This document shows positions 60,201 to 64,000 of a stretch of 64,000 nucleotides of DNA, piece after piece. Below the pieces are notes generated by a model. The model did no database searches and had not been told where the DNA came from. It was given only the letters and a program-made list of their open reading frames with translations. The stretch lies in contig CAVXTH010000006.1 in assembly GCA_963764625.1 (NCBI GenBank), positions 800,001 to 864,000 of the forward strand, written 5' to 3'. The translations under genes and the position numbers were made by a program. Positions within the stretch are counted from its first letter, which is position 1. Every line of letters begins with the position of its first letter. This stretch comes from Candidatus Krumholzibacteriota bacterium. Lineage in GTDB: Bacteria; Krumholzibacteriota; Krumholzibacteriia; JAJRXK01.

Positions 60201-62086
60201 TCGCCCAGGAGGGTGTAGCAGAAGTGTGTCCAGCGTTTGAATTCCTCCGAATTCAGCGAAGGAGGGGTGAATTTGTCGCGGGCGGCGTTCATGGCGTCGC
60301 CCAGTCGCGTGTTGCCCAACACGAAGATCTGCCGGAAGAATTCCTGTTGGTAGTCGTTCGCGGTGGAGGGGAACGCCTCGCGGCTTGCTCCCAAACTGGC
60401 CACGCTTCCTCCACCCGAGTGCTGGATGTAGGTCTCGAGGAGGCAGTCGAAATCGAACGCACCGGATGAACAGTTGAGGGCGTTGATCACGAAGTAGTTG
60501 GGGGCGTTGGCAAGACCCAGCGCGTCCCCGGCGAAGATGTTCGCGTCACCCACGCTCATATTGTAGTAGAAGCCGTGACCAACGTGGTTCACCAGACCGA
60601 AGTGACCGGTCGTCATGGAGTCGAGGGCCGCCTGCTGGGTCTCCTGCAAAGTGTAAGGATAGGCGGTGTAGTTCTCGTAGAGACGGTCGCTGTCGATGAG
60701 GTTTCCCGGCGTGATGAGCGAGTTGAAGATGATGTTTTCGCTATAGGTCGCGCCGTCGAGGTTGATGGTCTGCATCCCGTCCCAATCGGAGGGAAAGAGC
60801 ACCTCGCTCAGAAATAGGGCCTTGCCCAGATACGCGCCATTGCTGGTGGGAGTCTGGTACTCGAGACACTTGTCGACGAAGGTGGTGGTCTCGAGCAGAT
60901 CGTTCACCGGCGCGCGTCCTACCACGACTTCCGCGATCATGTCCTGGTAGTCACCGGGATCGAGGAACGACTGATAGGCCTCTCCGAAGATCCCGTTCCC
61001 GTTCGCGTTCCAGTTTCCGTCCAGAGCGCCGAAGTAGAGGTCGGCCGGAATGTCGGTGTGCCCCCCGGACGGATAGAAGGTGCTGCGCACGTACCGCGGC
61101 GGGATGATTCCCGCATCCCCGCCCAAGAGCACGTAGTGAAGCCCCCACTTCGCGTAGGCTTCGCGCAGGAAGTTGCGAATCGTCTCCTGCAGATCCACTC
61201 CGTGGCGATAGTTGGCGAGAATCCAATCGGTGGTGACGACCTTCGTGCGCAAACCGTGCGCGATGTGGTCGTCCGCGAGTCTCTGGAACTCGGACACCAG
61301 GGAGGGAATGGTCACAATCACGTAGTCGACGCGTCCACCCGCGAAGACTTCGTCCTCGGCCAGCGGCGAGGGCGCCTTGGTCGAAGAGGATTTGAGCAAC
61401 TCGGGCATGATCCCGGCCGGAGGCGCGTACGCCGAAACCTGTCCGGGGTTGACCACGAGCTCTCTCACCCGCGCGGCGGCGCGCTCGGCCACCCCCGGCC
61501 AGGCGATTTCACGCTCTGCGACATCATCCATCGCCTGATCGGCCAGCTCGAGGTTCAGCTCACCGCTCTGGAGAATCTCCACCGCTCCATTGCCGAGCAC
61601 GCGCATCGGAAAGATGTCCACCGAACCCAGTCGGTATCCCTCCATGACGGAAAAACCCTGTCCCCTCGCCGCAGCGGAGGGGAAGATGCCGCCATCGCTC
61701 CAGTCCTCGCGCAGTCCGTCCATGCTCACGCTGACTGCGTTTCCCTGATCGCTCACCAGTTCCTTCGCGCGCGCCAAGTTGCTCGGACCACTCACGCGCT
61801 TCCACTTCGCGTTCACCAGTTCGACTCGAGACAGTGTCTTTCCCTGAGGAAGCAACACCCTCCAGGTCGTGTACGGAAGAGCCGGCGCTCCGGTGGCGCG
61901 CAAGTTCTCCATCCCGGGAAGGGAGTAGATGAGTCCATCGGGAGACTCGACGAGCTCCAGCTGCGCGGCGTCGAAGCCCACGGGAAGCTCGATCTGCGCG
62001 GCCAACGCATCCGCCTGGGGAAAGAAACAGAGGAGAGCAAAGCTCAGAACGGAAAGTCGGAACGAAACCCGGTGGACTGGGTTCAT
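57266..62086 (-). CDS. Secreted C25 (gingipain-like) cysteine peptidase, paralog with the same architecture
   Basis: YVLLGGD, HVGHG, LNC and YTLLGDP; FG-GAP repeats; [11 protein letters not shown]...SGVYF; ATG 62086 after AGGAGG, followed by a signal peptide. Confidence 0.88.
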   Translation of the reverse strand: MNPVHRVSFRLSVLSFALLCFFPQADALAAQIELPVGFDAAQLELVESPDGLIYSLPGMENLRATGAPALPYTTWRVLLPQGKTLSRVELVNAKWKRVSGPSNLARAKELVSDQGNAVSVSMDGLREDWSDGGIFPSAAARGQGFSVMEGYRLGSVDIFPMRVLGNGAVEILQSGELNLELADQAMDDVAEREIAWPGVAERAAARVRELVVNPGQVSAYAPPAGIMPELLKSSSTKAPSPLAEDEVFAGGRVDYVIVTIPSLVSEFQRLADDHIAHGLRTKVVTTDWILANYRHGVDLQETIRNFLREAYAKWGLHYVLLGGDAGIIPPRYVRSTFYPSGGHTDIPADLYFGALDGNWNANGNGIFGEAYQSFLDPGDYQDMIAEVVVGRAPVNDLLETTTFVDKCLEYQTPTSNGAYLGKALFLSEVLFPSDWDGMQTINLDGATYSENIIFNSLITPGNLIDSDRLYENYTAYPYTLQETQQAALDSMTTGHFGLVNHVGHGFYYNMSVGDANIFAGDALGLANAPNYFVINALNCSSGAFDFDCLLETYIQHSGGGSVASLGASREAFPSTANDYQQEFFRQIFVLGNTRLGDAMNAARDKFTPPSLNSEEFKRWTHFCYTLLGDPALRMWRKPPVTPLVTKPSSVPLGTSQITVGVSDTGLPVPAARVTLHKPGEVWATGLTDTLTGQVTIDFQPLTQGTIDVVVDGASLQPQFQTITVAGAAAANIVGSPLSIDDGGGGNGLADSGESIDWYFHFENNGNGSFAGGVDAVLRPVDATGATVTDSTITVGDLAGSATADPSDPVSIDLSPSITDGTTLSFDLVSTSGPNTWTQRVYLKVIAPEPQVVRVFSDDSVTGNNDGIPQPGEVVELHVEIKNYGAGELSGITGVLSSSSPNLTISQGNDTWPDLGVKVSAYGNTNFQVAESDTSTENRMILALMDSKGHSWTHSIELREPAPPTGVVPFTNLGPTTIALHWEPSTANHLMGYRVYRSNTQGGPYAEITQDVLLRSGFFRDDDLATLTRYYYEVATVDSSGVEGPRTSEVSASTAPPEIGNAYPLPTNSTVEGGLAVGDLRADGVQFAVLGGNLVYALDAHANELLDGDGNAQTLGPINNLGSDFTFAGITLANLDGNPGLEILAGDWLGKNAYVLDTNGNPLPGWPQNTGSQNWASFSVGDLDGDLQPEIVTNTVGGKTYAWHVDGSEVLNGDSNAGTNGVFAVRTGEIYNRSTISLYDLDQDGGREMIFGTNWRDGTDNMVHAYKYDGTEAPGWPKNLGPNGYNATSITIADLDRDGTVELIFPCENDSLYIWEPDGSNYMNFPMHFSSNSDDLDGKTPSFAVGNLDGDPELEMVGVSVLSRTNVSIYVFEHDGVVKNGWPQSIAAFSRSSPILGDIDGDGVPDIIFASGGEDIPDNLYAFKADGSTMAGFPISLSGSPWGTPLLTDFDGDGDVDLLLAGYDNLLHAWDLPGAYDPTLLPWPTFQGNYKRTGVYQDPTATAVETQGSTPASRLVLRQNVPNPFNPSTVINFDVPSELNEAMARVTIYDLAGRRVRTLLAQPLPAGHHEIRWNGRDASGRSVASGVYFTRLEVGTEVRSLKMTLAK

Positions 62087-62321
62087 GTTCTTCCTCCTGG
62101 AATGCAGCTCTCCGCGGGATGGTTCCGTCGAAGAGGCAAGAGTTGCGTAAATAGAAGAGAACCAACGACCCGGCTTCGATCGCCCCTGCCGTGGGACGGT
62201 ATCTTCCCCCAGAGCACACGGTATACGTGCGCTGAAGCCGGAAGACCGACTGCGCAGAGGAAAGCGAACAGGAGCCTGAGTCTTTTTCACGAGTTGCGAG
62301 CCCAACGAGATCGTGGGTCAG

Positions 62322-62351
62322 ATTCTACCCCAAGCCCGTCGGAGCGGTCAA
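62322..62351 (-). promoter_or_regulatory. Sigma70-type promoter ~235 nt upstream of the first C25 gene
   Basis: TTGACC-N18-TAGAAT. Confidence 0.55.
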
Positions 62352-62385
62352 GGGTGTCCCATGCTAAGCTGTTATGAAACAACGA

Positions 62386-63714
62386 TTAGCGATAGCTCTG
62401 GGTCGCGGAAATGCCCTCGCTCAGCCGCCGAAGATAAAGATGGGTCCCCGGGGCAAGCGGCTGGCTCCGGGCCAGGGGGATGTCGAGAAGGAGCGGTCGT
62501 TCCGTGTAGTTGCGAATGATGGTCCACGGTCCCCGTTGCAGAACCGACCAACCCCGCCGCCTCAGTTGCGCGACCTCGACATCCACACAATAGCGGACTT
62601 CGCCGGTGGATTCAAGTTCGGTGAGCAGGCGTTTTAGTTGCAGCCGGCCCGCCCGCGACACCAGGGGATTCAGATGCGAGAACTGAAGCCGGTGCGCCTC
62701 GACGATCGCGGGCTCCCCTCGTCCCCATGCCCGTGCAACTTGATCCGCCGCCTGCGAGGCGCCCGCGAAACATTTGGGGTCCGGATCGCCGTAGGGTTCC
62801 AGGTGCACGTTTCTGTCCAGGTACACGAATCGATTCGCGCAGCGATCTCTCCAACGAGAGATGACCTTGATCACCCGGCGCTCGATCTTGCCCCCCAGCC
62901 CACTCCGGTTCAGCCCGGGATCGATCTGTTCCCGCTTGGCTTGCACCACTTGCAGTCCCTGTCGCGCCCACGCCCGTTCGTCCTGCGCGCCCCAGGTATA
63001 GTCCGGAGCAATCACGCTCGCGGGCGCGCGTCCGAATCGCTGGCGAAATAACTCACACGACAGATCGGCGAAGGCACGCGCCTGTTCCCCGTTGCCGCTG
63101 CCGAGCTCGGTCAATGTCAGCCAATGCGGAAACGCGACCACTCCAAAGGCGCGTGCACGCACGCTCAAACTGGAAGCCTGCGCAACGGCGTGTTCGTAGG
63201 CACCGAGGTCGAAGTGGGTGAGTCCGTGCAGCTCGGCGCGCCATACTCCCTGCGTGCGCGCCTCGTCCACCGCCTGGTTCAGCCCCGGTCGCGCATAGGC
63301 GCCGCAGCTTCCCGGCTGCCGCAAGAGCACCGAGCTTCCCTGAAGGTGGAAGTCATTCGTTCCGCACGAATCTAGATCGATGGCGGCCATGATGTGGTTG
63401 GCTTGAATGACCGCCGGCAATCCGTCGCTGTCGCGATGGGCGCGCAGAATCGCGGTCAAGGACTCCACGTCCGCCGCGGTCTCCAGAGAGGATTCCGCGT
63501 AGCGCTGAAGCCAAGGACTCAGATGGGCGCTCTGGTTCGCGATCGCCCGCGCGGCCCGAAGATCGGGAACCCAGGCCTCCATACCCCAGTCGTCGCTTTC
63601 GATCACCACGAGGTGCCAGCGGCCGAGGTCGATCGCGGAGGGAGCGGGCGAGAGAAAGTGTGCCGTGGCGAACGCCAGGTACACCAGAACCACGAGGAGA
63701 CCGGCTCGCTTCAT
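62386..63714 (-). CDS. Polysaccharide deacetylase-like protein (NodB/CE4-like fold) with N-terminal membrane anchor
   Basis: IESDDWG, ELHGLTH and APDY motifs; ATG 63714 after GAGG. Confidence 0.55.
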   Translation of the reverse strand: MKRAGLLVVLVYLAFATAHFLSPAPSAIDLGRWHLVVIESDDWGMEAWVPDLRAARAIANQSAHLSPWLQRYAESSLETAADVESLTAILRAHRDSDGLPAVIQANHIMAAIDLDSCGTNDFHLQGSSVLLRQPGSCGAYARPGLNQAVDEARTQGVWRAELHGLTHFDLGAYEHAVAQASSLSVRARAFGVVAFPHWLTLTELGSGNGEQARAFADLSCELFRQRFGRAPASVIAPDYTWGAQDERAWARQGLQVVQAKREQIDPGLNRSGLGGKIERRVIKVISRWRDRCANRFVYLDRNVHLEPYGDPDPKCFAGASQAADQVARAWGRGEPAIVEAHRLQFSHLNPLVSRAGRLQLKRLLTELESTGEVRYCVDVEVAQLRRRGWSVLQRGPWTIIRNYTERPLLLDIPLARSQPLAPGTHLYLRRLSEGISATQSYR

Positions 63715-63716
63715 TC

Positions 63717-64000
63717 TCACCTCTCTGAGCTGGCGCGATAGATCTGACACCAGTACCGGCCGTAGCTCATTCCCTCTTCTTCCACTTTGCGCGCCAGCGC
63801 TTCCACCTGACGGGGAGCGTAGCCCGAGCGGAACAGCCACGCGATGGGGGCACGCGGCGTCTGGACCACTTCCTCATTCTGCAGAATCGTCTCCCATTGC
63901 GGAATGCCGAAACGCCTTTTGAAGAGAGAACGCACCCCCTCGGGCGAGACCGTGGCCGCGGCCCGATCCGTTTGCGTCTCCGCCAAGAGCTGCAGCGCCT
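63717..64000 (-). CDS. 3' end of a hypothetical protein (start outside the window)
   Basis: Open frame from the window edge (ALQLLAETQ...YWCQIYRASSER); its stop abuts the next gene's RBS. Confidence 0.5.
   Translation of the reverse strand, partial: ALQLLAETQTDRAAATVSPEGVRSLFKRRFGIPQWETILQNEEVVQTPRAPIAWLFRSGYAPRQVEALARKVEEEGMSYGRYWCQIYRASSER

Overview
High-GC (roughly two-thirds G+C by eye) bacterial chromosomal window, mostly encoded on the minus strand, with no sign of a mobile element. Several proteins carry C-terminal FlgD-Ig/T9SS-like sorting tails, and a PorV-like gene, a bS22-like ribosomal peptide and a GlmU-like protein are present. Together these suggest an FCB-superphylum lineage such as Krumholzibacteriota, Eisenbacteria or Latescibacterota (inference). 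Housekeeping genes: xerC (partial), trmFO, secA, guaA, purH, purC, comEC, thiE, rnr, hup/ihf, fbp, clpB, tRNA-Ala(GGC) and tRNA-Leu(CAA). Other content: two lytic transglycosylases, an M6 protease, two tandem gingipain-like C25 proteases, a GGDEF protein, a PilZ protein, and a histidine kinase with two sigma54 enhancer-binding proteins. The three most notable items are (1) a candidate ~160-nt sigma54-dependent structured sRNA just upstream of (2) a Haliangium-type bacterial microcompartment operon (BMC-H, three BMC-P, BMC-T, aldehyde dehydrogenase, no signature enzyme), and (3) a His/CxxC/RGPP DUF2946-like putative ribosome-arrest uORF heading a Zn/Mn uptake operon that lacks an ATPase. Four single-base frameshifts (guaA, thiE, two lipoproteins) are most likely assembly errors. 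All calls come from visual motif recognition; no searches were run.
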